A DNA stretch of 64,000 nt from Selaginella moellendorffii (taxonomy: Eukaryota > Plantae > Lycopodiophyta): the NCBI RefSeq assembly GCF_000143415.4, contig NW_003314339.1:117751-181750 (forward strand). The letters are read 5' to 3'. Shown piece by piece: positions 11,879 through 23,489 of this stretch. Made by a program: the position numbers and the translations under genes. A model generated the notes under the pieces. The model was given only the letters and a program-made list of their open reading frames with translations. It searched no databases and was not told where the DNA came from. Position 1 is the first letter of the stretch. Each line of letters starts with the position of its first letter.

Positions 11879-12869
11879 ATGGCGGCATTTCTTCACAGGA
11901 GAAAGAAGAAGAAGGTCATGGTAGCTCTTCTCGTCGCCGCCATAGCCATTCTAGTGATCGGCGGCAGTGTAGGCGCGGCTAGGCGCGCAAGATCCTCCTC
12001 CTCCTCCTCGTCTTCCTCCTCGGCGTCTTCCTTCTCTGGCAACTACGATATTACCTGGGCGCCGGATCACGTCGACGTGATCGGCCATGGCCAGGAGGTC
12101 GATCTGAGGCTCGATCGCTCCTCCGGCGCTGGATTTGGATCCAAGAACAGGTTCTTGTTTGGGCAGCTGGGCCTCCAGATCAAGCTCGTACCCTACGATT
12201 CGTCCGGCACGATCGTGGCTTACATGGTAAGAGATTTTCACCATGGCGATCGATCCTCTCTTCGTTGTGGCAGCTCTCCTCGCTCACGGACGATCGCGAC
12301 GAGCTGGATTTCGAGTTCTTGGGGAATTCCACTGGCCAGTCCTACACACTCCAGACGAATCTCTTCGTGAGCGGCAAGGGAAAGCGCGAGCAGCGATTTA
12401 AGCTCTGGTTTGATCCCACTGCCGACTTCCATTTCTACTCGTTCGTCTGGAATCCTTTCCAAGTAATGTGAGTTGTGAGAGTTCTTGAAGTGAGTTCTTT
12501 GATCGAATGCTAGCTCTTTCCAGATTCATGGTGGACGACATTCCAGTCCGGGTCTTCAAGAACACCACGGATCCATACCCGAGCACGAAACCCATGGGAA
12601 TCTACACGAACATCTGGGGCTCCTCCTCAGTGGACTGGGATCACGCTCCATTCGTAGCGTCCTACCGAGGATTTACCATCGACGCTTGCCAATACTCCGA
12701 GACTTCTCCAGATGATTGTCACGACACTAACAGCCAAAGGTGGTGGAGCTCACTCGAATGGAACGATCAGCTCCAAGGAAATCTCTCATTCGTCCGGCGC
12801 AACTATATGATCGACGACTACTGTAGCGCGTACGAATCGCCACCTCTCGAATGTACGACAAACTCGTAA
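11879..12869 (+). CDS. XTH: Xyloglucan endotransglucosylase/hydrolase (GH16), divergent, 3 exons
   Basis: Catalytic DELDFEFLG followed by an NST glycosylation site; [30 protein letters not shown]; C-terminal NYMIDDYC...PLEC. Start is 11879 or 11918. Confidence 0.92.
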
Positions 12870-13084
12870 CTTGGATCATCGCTATGATCCAAGCGTTTTC
12901 CACGAATCCAAGGTAAGCACCGACACTCTAGCTCTGATACTAACACCTGGATTGCACAGCGCGATCAATCTTACACGAAAGCTTTTATCTGACTGAATGG
13001 AGTACTAGTAGACAAACGAGCAAGCACAAAAAGTGATATCAACCAGATCGAGCTCGAACGAGAGAATGGTACGTAGTTCTTGTT

Positions 13085-14422
13085 CTACAGTTCGTCGCGC
13101 GAAGCTTTCAACTTCTCGCCCAACTCGCCCGTGGCCTTCGACGCGGCCTCCTTGGCGGACTCGTATTGAGACTTTGCCTTCTCGCTACCACTCTTGCTCG
13201 CAGCCTCGGACTTCTCATTCACAGCCTGCTTCGCGGCATCCGCTTTTTCCTGAGCTTTCTTCGCAGCGTCACTTCCCTGCTCTGTTGTCTTCTTGGTGGA
13301 TTCTCTCGCTTGATCCTTGACCTTCTTGGCCGATTCACTCGCTTGATCCTTGGCCTTCTTGGCGGACTCACTCGTTTGATCTTTGGCATTCTTGGTGGTC
13401 TCACTCGCTTGATCTTTGGCTTCCTTGGCTTTCTTGGTGGCCTCGCTCCCCTGTTCTTTGGCCGATCCAGTGAGCCCCTCGGCCTTCTCCTTCGCGTAAT
13501 TGGTTCCACTGCCGATCGAGTCTTTGGCGCTCTTGAGCTTCTCACTCGCCTCGCTGCTTGCTCGCTCGGTCACCTCCTTGATCTTCTCGCCAGTCGCGCT
13601 GGTCTTCTCCTTGGCAGCCTTTGCGGCATCCTCGGCCTGCTTCTGAGCGGCATCCTTGGCATCCGCCACTTTCTCTTGGGCTTGCCCGGCAGTGCTCCCA
13701 GCCTTGTGCTTTGCCTCGGCTGCCACGCGCTGGGCCTCGCTCGAGAGATCTTCAAACTTTCCACTGGCGCTTCTGGCGGCTTCTTTCGCAGTACCTTGGG
13801 CTTTCTCACTTCCGCTCTTGACAGTCTCCTTGGTTTTCTCCTGGGCTTTGTTCGCGTTTTGCTTTCCTCCTGCATGGAATGGATCGCGATGGGCGTTAGA
13901 AAGAAAAAGCAATCTTAGAACCTGAGACTGTCTGCGTGATCTTCTCTTTCACTGCATGCAGATGCTCGCTGGCTTTGTGAAGAACATCGTTTACAATGTT
14001 CTTACCTTCTTCGTAAGGCTCGGACACCTTGCGAGCTAAATCATCCGCCACATTCTTCATGGCTTCGTTTTGCTCGGCGGCCTCCCTGAAGATCAAACCA
14101 AGCACACGGATCAATCATCTCGAATCAATAAAAACCACGCTAGCCATCGCTTAAGAACCAAAGCTACGATGGAAATATCGAAATATTTCAAAGAAACTTA
14201 CTTCGATCCAGTCTCGGCGAACGAATGAACCTTCTCGCGCGCCCAATCCGTCCACGTTTGCCCCTCATCGGCGGCCTCCTCCACCTTCTGTTGCTGCTTG
14301 TTCTTGACATCGTTCACGCCCTCCCACGCCTTGTCGCTCGTTTCTTTGGCGGTGCCCAGCGCCTGCGCCACGATCGCCGCCAATGCCAGCAGCAGCAGCA
14401 ACGCAATCCCGATCCTCTCCAT
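13085..14422 (-). CDS. Group-3-like LEA protein with signal peptide and C-terminal RDEL ER-retention signal
   Basis: MERIGIALLLLLALAAIVAQA signal peptide; TWTDWAREK motif; A/K/E-rich 11-mer repeats (AKKAKDQASES); ends ASRDEL*. Confidence 0.88.
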
Positions 14423-14569
14423 CTCCTATCGATAGATCAAACCTGTGAATCTCTCCTCTGTCACACACACTCCTCTCAATCAAACCCTCGCCAATGCTCG
14501 AATCACAAATCCTTGCAAGATTGTTTTCATCCTTCCTTCCATCGAATAAAAACCACCAGGGCCGAGCCC

Positions 14570-14623
14570 TGCATGTAGACACGTGGCGGGCGGTGGACGC
14601 CCCAGGTAGCGCTGCCACGCGTC
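14570..14623 (-). promoter_or_regulatory. ABA-response module upstream of the LEA gene: RY-like (CATGCA), ABRE (GACACGTGGC) and CE3-like (ACGCGTGGC)
   Basis: TGCATG at 14570-14575, GACACGTGGC at 14578-14587 and GCCACGCGT at 14614-14622, 150-200 bp upstream of the LEA ATG. Confidence 0.65.
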
Positions 14624-14676
14624 ACACTGCAGGGTCAACAACCTTGACAAGTGTAGCCTTCCGGGCACAGTGCTAA

Positions 14677-17065
14677 TTATCCTTGCTGGATAACCAACGG
14701 CCTGGATGCGTTCATCTTTTGCCATGCAAGAGCCACCCATGCAATCACTTGGAGGCTCAAGAGCCGCAGCTCCACTTCCAGCCTTTGGACTAAAACACTG
14801 ACGTACGACCAAAAATTCGATCCTCCTTCGCGCAGCTGGAGTCTCGCTAGTGCTCGAGAGGATTCCCTCCCGACAATCACGTAAGTGTTCACTGGAGCTC
14901 CCTGGATTTCAATCGAAAACTTATCAGTCTCATCACGCTCTAGCGAATTCAATCATACCAGTGCTCTATCCACAGTTCGCAAGCAATCGTTCGTCTTGAG
15001 TAGCATCAACACAACTCGAGGAAGCCTTCGCAGGAGCTCCGAGAGCTCCATGACGTATTGCGAGGCGTACATCTGCAAGTATTCCATACAAGTTAAGGCA
15101 TTGAGCTTGAAGAGTGAAAACATCCTACCTGAATCTCTTCGCGTCCCTCCTCCGATGGTGGGACGTTTAAGTGATCTATAGAGCTCTCGACCACACGACT
15201 CCACGGCCGCATTGTGAGTACTCCAGCAAAAAGTACGTACAAATCTCCAGCTCCCAGTCCTAAGCTGTGCTCTTTGATCTTCTGAGCATCAGCAAAAACA
15301 AGAGCCTGCGAGACAATATATCATCGTAAGTTTTGACTTCAAATGAAGCTTCCGAACCTTCCAAAGTCCAGCGTAGTGTGCTCGTATAGATGGTTCGAGC
15401 GTTTTGTACATTCCATGATCCAGCAAAACAAGCTGAGGTCGTTTCCTCTGTCCTACATCGCATTAAATTTTATAAGAAACTCTTAGAGATGTTCTAGCTT
15501 ACCAAGTATACCACCTCCGCTCGGAGCTACTCTAACGAGTAAATTAGCTGCATGGGGATCGCAATGCACAAAGCCATGGCGAAAAATCATGTGTGCAAAT
15601 GCCTCGCTTATCTAACAAAGCACCATATGAATAAGTTTACCAAAAGCAAGTCCGAATCCTACCAGTTTAGCAACATCGTTGGGCCGGAGATCAAGGTTCT
15701 TGATTCCCTCCACCGACGTGACTTTGATTCCGTCGATAAACTCCATTGTTAACAGCTTAGAGGTACTCAGCTCCAAGTGAACTTCGGGAACAGAGATAAA
15801 TGGCACAATACGCGGCGAGAGTTTTTTAAAATTGTCCATGCACATTCTGGCATTCTCAATTTCATTGTTGAAGTCGAGTTCCTGCATTCAGCGTAAGTTT
15901 CCAGCCAAAAATGTCGAAAAACTTTGTAGGCTTTTACCTTTGGAAGACTTTCCTTCACCTCGTCCAAGAGCCACCTGAAATACCAAAAACTCTGTTAGAT
16001 CAAGGTGCAAACGTAAAAGCGGAATGATTCCGAGGTAGAAATGCAAAATGCAGAAATGCAGCGCTCGAGAGGCTGAAGTACCGGTAATCAAAAGATGGAA
16101 ACAACCAGTAAACCAAATTAACAACAAAACCAACTGTAGCTGTATCAGCAGCTGCTGAGTCCGTGAGATGCATGTGTTGCACCTGTGACGAAAAAGTGAA
16201 ACAGGAAAAAAAAAAAAGGAAAATAATTGTCTCTACTTGCTCCACAGTATCCAAGCATACCTTGACCGCAACTTTCTTCCCGTCGTGTGTTTTAGCCACA
16301 TGAACTTGAGCCAGAGACGCACTTGCAAATGGCTCAGGATCAAACTCCACGAAAACCTGTGATCCAAAGATAAAAAAAAGAAAAGAAATCGACTGAAAGG
16401 CAAGGAAAAAACACGTATTTACCTCGTGAGGGAGACGACCAAGTTCCGACTTGAAAACATCGCACACCCGTTCATACGAAGAAACGGGACACTTATCAAG
16501 CAGAGAATCTTGCATCACTTTGACGTACTCGGGAGGAATAAGATACTCCTGAAACGCAAGATAAAATCGTATCACGCAAAAGACCCAGAAAAAACTCACC
16601 AATTGCCCCAAGTGCTGCCCAAGCTTGATGTAAATTCCACCGTTCTTGAAACAAAGAGCTTGGAGGCGATTGGCACATCTTAAGTGAACTTCATGCTTGG
16701 CGAGAGTCTTCTCTAAGCTGCCCTCTTCAAGTCCCCACAAAGAGTACTTATAATCTACTCAAACGAGCAATTCAACACCGAAGGAACTTAGAACACTGAT
16801 AATTCGCACCTGCGACAATGGCCGAGGCTGTAGCCACATCCCGAGCAAGACGAAGAGGCACAGTCCACAGCAATTTCAGGCGGCGCTGCCGATCGCCATC
16901 GCCAGTGAGCGCCCAAGCCAGCGCCAGCGTCCCGATCCCTCCCAAGCTCGCAGACCCTACTTTGATCCATTTGCTCCTGGCGCCGGCGTCCGAGGACGAG
17001 AACGATGCTCCTTTCCGCGAGCGCAGCAAGACCAGAGGCTCAATCGCCTTGCGCGCCCACCGCAT
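14677..17065 (-). CDS. ABC1/UbiB-family atypical kinase (ADCK1-like), multi-exon
   Basis: NGGIYIKLGQH, EPFASASLAQVHVA, VAVKVQH, ELDFNNEIEN, LLTMEFIDG, HCDPHAAN, LPRVVLMLLKTNDCLRTVDRAL. Confidence 0.92.
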
Positions 17066-17279
17066 CGGAAGGAGGAGCCCTAAATTGGTCTCATCCAATT
17101 TAAAGGAGAGACTTAAAATATTTAAAGGTAAAGGGTCTTTACTATTCCTATAACTTTTTTAACGGCAAATCTGCTGAAGGGTTTTGTTGACGTGGCCAAC
17201 GGTCAGGGTTTCTAGGGTTCTTGGCTAGGGCTTGTGGGGGAAAGCAAGGGCGCCGCGCGTGGGAAGCAATGTGGATCCC

Positions 17280-19532
17280 ATGAGGCGATGGATTTGCATG
17301 AAGGCCACCAGTATTTGCCAGCAGGATGTGTTGCCATTGCCCGGATTCTTGCTTCTTGGAAGCGCGATTCGATCCAGGAGGCAGCAGGAGCGCAATCGGC
17401 AGCAGCAACAACAGCAGCAATCTAGGGCGAGTAGCAGCGGTATGATGGGTGAGAATCACACGACGAGTAGCAGCGGCGGTGGCAGGAGAATGGGGGGATT
17501 ATCGCGAGGTGAGGGCTTTCGATTCGAATCGCCAAAGAGATTATCGTCTAGGGGCAAGAAGAGCGAGGAAGCTGACGCGACGGAGCTGGGCCGGCGATTC
17601 CAGAACGCGGTCAGCTGCCATGACTGGGAGATGGCCGAGAGCTTCATCCCTTTGGCGGATCCACAGCGCCTCAACGATGGTTTGTGCGTAGCGCTCGACT
17701 CTTTGTGGTTCTTAAGCACCGAGGACGAGCTCTCCGGCGCAATGCGGCTGATCGAGAAGCTCATCCATGCCGGCGCCGACGATTTCACGCGAGCAACGCT
17801 GCGTACTTCCTTCTTGGTTTCGTGCGTCTCGGCTTGTAGAAGCCGGACTATGTCTCTCTCGGACACGGTGACCGTCATGGCTCAAAGGTACACACGCTTC
17901 TTAGTTGTTTCCTTGACGATCTTCCTTTTCTTTTCTTCGGGACGAGCAGGACGAGTGTCAGTGTATAGCATTTTTCTTCTTGGGTTTCCTAGGTGACGAG
18001 TCCATGACTGAAGCGTCCATCCATCAAATCTTCCTGGAGATAAGTTTTCCCGATCGACTGGTATCTTCCAAAGGCTCGGTGATCGTCGTCACTGGTATCT
18101 TCCTGGATCAATCTATTTGTCAAGGACACCGGAAGAAAGCCCAGTTCTAGCAGCACTGACAGATCAACTCTGAGTTAAACACAGGCTACACGATAGACTA
18201 AAGGAAAGTAACGAGGACGAAGACATGAAAGCTGACGCTGCTGCCAAGGTGCAAAGATTCACAGACTGGGCGCTCAAGTGCATTGGCTCTCACTCGAGAG
18301 GCAAAGGGAAGTTCAGTCGAGGGGAAGGCAGCCGCGGTCTCCAGAGCTCCATCGTCGAGTCGAGGATGCAGCTCATGGCTTTCAAGAGGTTTCTAGAGCT
18401 GGCCGGAAACAAGCTGACTGTGAAGGATATCACGGAAGCTTTCGACGCTGCGTGCTTTCCACTCACGCTCTTCTCCAACGCGATTGATCCGGGGTGGGCG
18501 ACGGGGATTGCCGCGACTGCCATGCAGGGACTCTTAGGAATCCTCGTGGAGGCGGGTGCTGATAATGTCAACCAGTGCTTCCTCGAGGCCTCGCGATTTG
18601 GAAGCACCGAGCTCGTTCGAATTCTTCTACAGGCAAGCGCGATCTTCTCTCTTTTCGTCTTTAGTTCTTTGACCGATCGTGCCTACTTAACTCGTGTTTT
18701 TCTCTCGCAGATCGCTCGAAGAAGCAATGTCGAGTTGGACGTAGACTTGGCTCTGGGATTCGCTGCTCACTACTGCAAGATCAACACCATGGAATGCCTG
18801 GTGGAAGACGGCGGAGCCGACGCATTCTTGGGACCCCTGATGAGAGCCGCGGAGAGAGGTTCGATGCAAGTGGTGCTGTGGTTTGTGGAGCGCGGCTGCA
18901 AGGACATGGAACTCTGCCTGGCTCTTACAGCGGCGGCGGCAAGCTGCCGCCTCGAGGTGGCGGACTATCTCCTGGCTCGAGTTCCCAGATACGTCTTGCA
19001 AACTCTCAGCGTGGAGATCATCAAAGCCGCGGGAGAACGAAGCAGCGGGTCACTGGGAGGCATCGCGTTCCTGCTCCAGTCGGATTTCTTGAGCAATCCA
19101 GAGGCGACTTACAGGCTCGCAGATACGATCTCGCGCTCCGAGGACGAGGCCATCACTCCGGAGCTGCGGAGCTTCTTGCAAGAACAGTGGTCCGAGGCAG
19201 CGTTTGCGAGGGGACGGAGGCTGGGCGAGGTACACCACTTGAATGTGATGAGAGTTCTCAAGAAGGGGAACTCGGCGCTTCATCTGGACGAGCTCCCGCT
19301 CCAGCTCCAGGTGATCATCGCTTACATTCCGCTCTACAAGGAATGCGTCGCCGCCAAGGGGGTGATCTTGTCGCAGCTGCTGCGAGGCCAATTGTTTGAT
19401 GCGGCGCTGCGATTGAGCGCCGGGACGCTCCCGGGGACTGAGGACATGCTCCTCAAATCCAACAAGCAGACGCTCCTCTCCATCGTCCAGTCGCGCTTCC
19501 CCACCTTCTTGCTGTGGAAGCAAGAGCCCTAA
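17280..19532 (+). CDS. Ankyrin-repeat protein, SKIP35-like (3 exons)
   Basis: FQNAVSCHDWEMAESFIPLADPQRLNDGLCVALDSLWFLST, KVQRFTDWALKCIG, GADNVNQCFLEASRFGSTELVRILLQ, FLGPLMRAAERG. Start uncertain (17280 or 17442). Confidence 0.82.
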
Positions 19533-19744
19533 CTTTTGAATTTGAAAAGATCCGAAGGAGATTCCTCCAGCCAGCGGTGGCGATTTTCTCAGCCCATCAA
19601 CGGTGACGATTAGCATCTAGCTTTTGAACGGTAGAGATTTGTCTTTTCGAAATGATATGCAAGGCGGGCATATTCTAGGGTTCTAGAAAGCTTCTAGTGC
19701 TGCGTGCTTGATCAGGCTAAGGCGCGGGCGCGCGATCCATCGCA

Positions 19745-20801
19745 ATGTCGAGTTATTTCTCTGTCCAGCCGGTTCCCGACGTTCCGGTGGTTCCACCGTT
19801 CTCCAGCACGGAGATTCAAGCTTGTTTCTCGGATTTCATCCGGTAACGTAGAAATGCTTATGATTTTCGGTGCCAATCCGCTCTTTCCGATGCAGGGAGC
19901 ACGGATTTCCTGCCCCGAGGCAGCCGCATCAGCCGCAGCATCCAGGATCGTCGTCTGCGCAAGGTCTCAGCGGTTCGCTCAATGTCCCGCCAGGGTAATC
20001 TCCGCGTTTCCTATCGATCGATCGATGCGATATTTCTAATCGATGCAGTGATTCCGGCCGCTATCTCGATCCGCTGCTTCTCCACTCCTTGTCGACACCT
20101 CCGCAGCCTTATCAGCCCTGGGTTTGCTACGATCATTTCTTCAGGTAAAGTCTATTTCTTCCAGCAGCGACGATCGATCTATGAGAATCCATGTGGTTTT
20201 CTTTGTATGCAGTCAGTCGGGGTGTCCCAATCCAAGGAGCTGCCAGCATCTTCATGTCTTGCGCCAGATAGAACCATCGGCTCGGAGGGAAAACATCGCC
20301 AGTGATTTCTACGCTTTCGATGGTGCTGTGAGGCCCGGCGGTGATACGAGGATGGTCTGCCGCTACTGTCCGAAGGACCTGGCTCCTTGCCCTTTCGCTC
20401 ACCCGCAGTACTACACAGAGCTCTACACGTCGGCAGAAACTCTCCGGCTGAACATCTACAGATCTGTAACCGGGGCAGTGATCGGCAGAGGTGGCGAGAA
20501 TGTCGATTTCATACGACGCTTGACAAACGTCGAGGTGGGAATCTATGCGGACGAGGAGGAAGCTGAGAAGAGCATCGTGGTCGTCCTCGGGCCTTGGCCG
20601 CAGATTGAGCGGGCTAGGCAGCTCCTGGACTACCTCTTGCGGTGCTGCCGGAATGCCATCCAGGACGTGGGATTTGGCTGCTACAAAGAAAGGCTGTGTG
20701 CCGACTACTTCCATGGTACGTGCCGCTTTGGAAATTCCTGCCACTTTGCTCACGGTAAGAGGGAGCAGCGGAAACCTCCGAGTCCTCCTCGTCCTTCCTG
20801 A
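19745..20801 (+). CDS. CCCH zinc-finger + KH-domain RNA-binding protein (4 exons)
   Basis: Spliced CCCH VCYDHFFS|QSGCPNPRSCQHLH; second degenerate CCCH VCRYCPKDLAPCPFAH; KH GAVIGRGGENVDFIRRLT; terminal CCCH LCADYFHGTCRFGNSCHFAHG. Confidence 0.8.
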
Positions 20802-21310
20802 TCATGCGTCTGGTGCTGATTTTGTCTGTACAGTGAGCGCGCGTGTGAGAGTCCAAAGTTCTCGTTCGGTCTTTCGTCTGATCTGCCTGGGTCTTGTCTT
20901 CCTGGTTTGATTTTGTGACGTCTTCTCCTGGAAGTCAAAACCTGTGATACCTTGTACACTTCCATTCTTTCTTTTCGCTTTTGTTTTAGTTTTCTTCTAG
21001 TTTCGTTTTCCGCGGTTCTCAAAGTCGTCGTTAAAGTCTTGCCGAGATCTCTCCCGTCCTTGAGGAAGTGGTACATCCTGTCATCCAAGAACTATGCTGG
21101 GTCTAGACTGACACGACATGCGCATTTTTGTGCACGCGTGTTTGGTGAGATGCCAGCTTAAATCTATTTTTCCCATGCCAAAGGTCGAGCGTGTTTTGAA
21201 AATGTTTGAAGTGGGTGGAATAAGGTTGGTGCTTGCGCTTCATGCTGCCTGCCTCCCGGACCTGCCCAGGCCCGACGGAGCAGATCGGGCACCCGATCGA
21301 GCTTTGCGAC

Positions 21311-21318
21311 ATATAAAT
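21311..21318 (+). promoter_or_regulatory. TATA box of the type III PKS gene
   Basis: ATATAAAT ~90 bp upstream of the ATG at 21405. Confidence 0.5.
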
Positions 21319-21404
21319 ACTTTTTGCCCGGCCTGAGCAAAGAGAGTGTCAGCTTTCCAAGCTTTTTGCATCTCGGCACAACAGACGTAGAGCTCTACAC
21401 TCCC

Positions 21405-22682
21405 ATGGCAACAGCTGCTGAGAACGCCATGTCTAATGGAAGCAGCAGCGGTGTCAAGCGGAAGAACTTGAGAGCTGCTCGTCCGGGGAAGGCGACGCTC
21501 CTTGCCTTTGGAAAGGCCTTGCCAGATACAGTGGTGAAGCAGGAGTACCTGGTGGATGGCTACTTCCGGGACACCAAAGTGGAGAACGCAGCACTCAAGG
21601 AGAAGCTCCAAAGGCTCTGTGAGTATACTTATTCGAATTCTTTGTCTCCGGAACATCTGGGACTGACCGATGATGTTTTTAATTCTCCAGGCAAGACTAC
21701 GACAGTCAAGACTCGCTACGTGGTCATGTCCAAGGAGATCCTGGAAAACCATCCCGAGTTCTACACGCCAGGGACCCCGAGCATCCGACAGAGGCTGGAA
21801 ATAGCTGGTGAGGCCGTGACAAAGATGGGAGTGGCTGCTGCCACTCAGGCTCTGGCCGAGTGGGGGAGGCCCATCTCCGACATCACTCACCTCGTCTACG
21901 TCTCCTCGAGCGAGGTCCGCTTCCCCGGCGGCGACCTCTACCTGTCAAAGCACCTCGGCCTCAGCAGCGACATCAGTCGAGTAATGCTCTACATGCTGGG
22001 GTGCTGCGGCGGCGCTGGCGGGCTCCGGGTGAGCAAGGACCTGGCGGAGAACAATCCAGGCAGCCGGATCCTCCTCGTCATCAGCGACACCACGCTCATC
22101 GGCTGGCGTCCTCCGAATCCACAGCGTCCCTACGACCTGGTGGGCGCGGCGCTGTTTGGCGACGGCGCCTCGGCGGTCGTGATCGGCGCCGACCCGCTAC
22201 CATCGGAGAATCCGTGCTACGAGCTGGTGACCGCGAGCCAGTGCTTCGTCCCGGGCTCGGAGAAGACCATCGATGGCCGGCTGACCGAGGATGGGATCAT
22301 CTTTAGCCTGGGGAGGGAGCTGCCCCAGATGATCGAGAGCGAGGTGGAGGGATTCATCCAGGGGCTGCTCAAGCGCTCGGGGCGAGTGGAGGCGGGCGGC
22401 GTGGACTATGATCGATTGTTCTGGGCGATCCATCCCGGCGGCCCGGCGATCCTCAACGCCTGCGAGAAGAAGCTCCAGCTGGCAGGGGACAAGCTCAAGT
22501 GTAGCCGGCAGGTGTTGTCGGACTATGGCAACATCAACGGCAGCACAATCATCTACGTGCTGGATTACATGCGACAGGTGAACGCCGCGGCCGACAAGCC
22601 GGATCCCGAGTGGGGGGTCATTCTTGCGTTCGGTCCGGGCGTTACCATGGAAGGCATGGTTGCCCGCAACCTGGTGGCGTGA
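21405..22682 (+). CDS. Type III polyketide synthase, anther-specific chalcone-synthase-like (ASCL/LAP5-LAP6) clade, likely sporopollenin precursor synthesis
   Basis: PGKATLLAFGKALP..QEYLVDGYFRDT, VSSSEVRFPGGDLYL, catalytic Cys (GCCGG), His (IHPGG), Asn (YGN), RPYDLVGAALFGDGA, AFGPG. Single intron 21619-21690 splits the conserved Cys codon. Confidence 0.92.
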   Translation: MATAAENAMSNGSSSGVKRKNLRAARPGKATLLAFGKALPDTVVKQEYLVDGYFRDTKVENAALKEKLQRLCEYTYSNSLSPEHLGLTDDVFNSPGKTTTVKTRYVVMSKEILENHPEFYTPGTPSIRQRLEIAGEAVTKMGVAAATQALAEWGRPISDITHLVYVSSSEVRFPGGDLYLSKHLGLSSDISRVMLYMLGCCGGAGGLRVSKDLAENNPGSRILLVISDTTLIGWRPPNPQRPYDLVGAALFGDGASAVVIGADPLPSENPCYELVTASQCFVPGSEKTIDGRLTEDGIIFSLGRELPQMIESEVEGFIQGLLKRSGRVEAGGVDYDRLFWAIHPGGPAILNACEKKLQLAGDKLKCSRQVLSDYGNINGSTIIYVLDYMRQVNAAADKPDPEWGVILAFGPGVTMEGMVARNLVA

Positions 22683-23126
22683 CACCTTGCTATAGATTTT
22701 TCCAAGGGTGTAAGTAACCGCGAATGGGAAAAGAATATCCCCTCCTCCCGCCAAAATTTGCAAAACCACGTCCCCCACTAAGCAAAGAATTTCATTGGCA
22801 AGTCCTATGATGCTGAACGGATTTGTGTTTGCATCGACGAGATCGCAAACATATTCCACGGAGCAATACGGTCAGTTTTGTGTTTTTCCAGCTAGCCGCT
22901 ATATAAGTGTAAATTATGAAATTCTTTGCTTGGTGGGGACGTTGCAAGACCTATGAAATATGTTGGGCCCTACACCTCCATAGTGAGTTACAAAATCCTT
23001 CCAACGAGAGAGCTACAAATGCTTCCAACGAGAAAGCTACAAATCCTTCCAAGGCAGTTTTGTCTTTTTCCAGCTAGCCCCTATATAAGTGTAAGGCTTG
23101 GTTGGTTTATTTTCCGGTACTAAAAG

Positions 23127-23354
23127 ATGGATGCCGCCCAGCATTTAGATGCTAATGCTCACATTGATGCAGATTTTTCGGGGGAGGTTGATTTGTCTTG
23201 CGATGAGGTACTGTCGGAAGTTCTAAACGATGACGATTTCTATTTCTTGAGAGAATTATTTCTCGATCTCGGCTTTGAAGTGGAATTTGACAATGTCGCT
23301 GTGATAAATCCCAGCGATGAAGGTGAAACTAGTGTCAATACAGTCGAGTCTTAG
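23127..23354 (+). CDS. Small acidic protein (75 aa), paralog A, unknown function
   Basis: Open ORF with CTATATAAG ~40 bp upstream. Paralogous to 26407-26610 with only frame-preserving indels. Confidence 0.45.
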   Translation: MDAAQHLDANAHIDADFSGEVDLSCDEVLSEVLNDDDFYFLRELFLDLGFEVEFDNVAVINPSDEGETSVNTVES

Positions 23355-23489
23355 AAATAATAACTGATTTTGATAATAATTAGAACCGATGACCACCTTT
23401 CCCGGTTCTTGATTTTACAATGAAAAGTGCCACCGTTTCGCAAAATCGAGAAGCATTAGAGATCCTTTCGGTTTTTGGTGGTGCATACA

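Noticed and set aside
13166-13918. 250-aa Leu/Gly-rich plus-strand ORF
   Set aside because: Antisense shadow of the repetitive LEA coding sequence.
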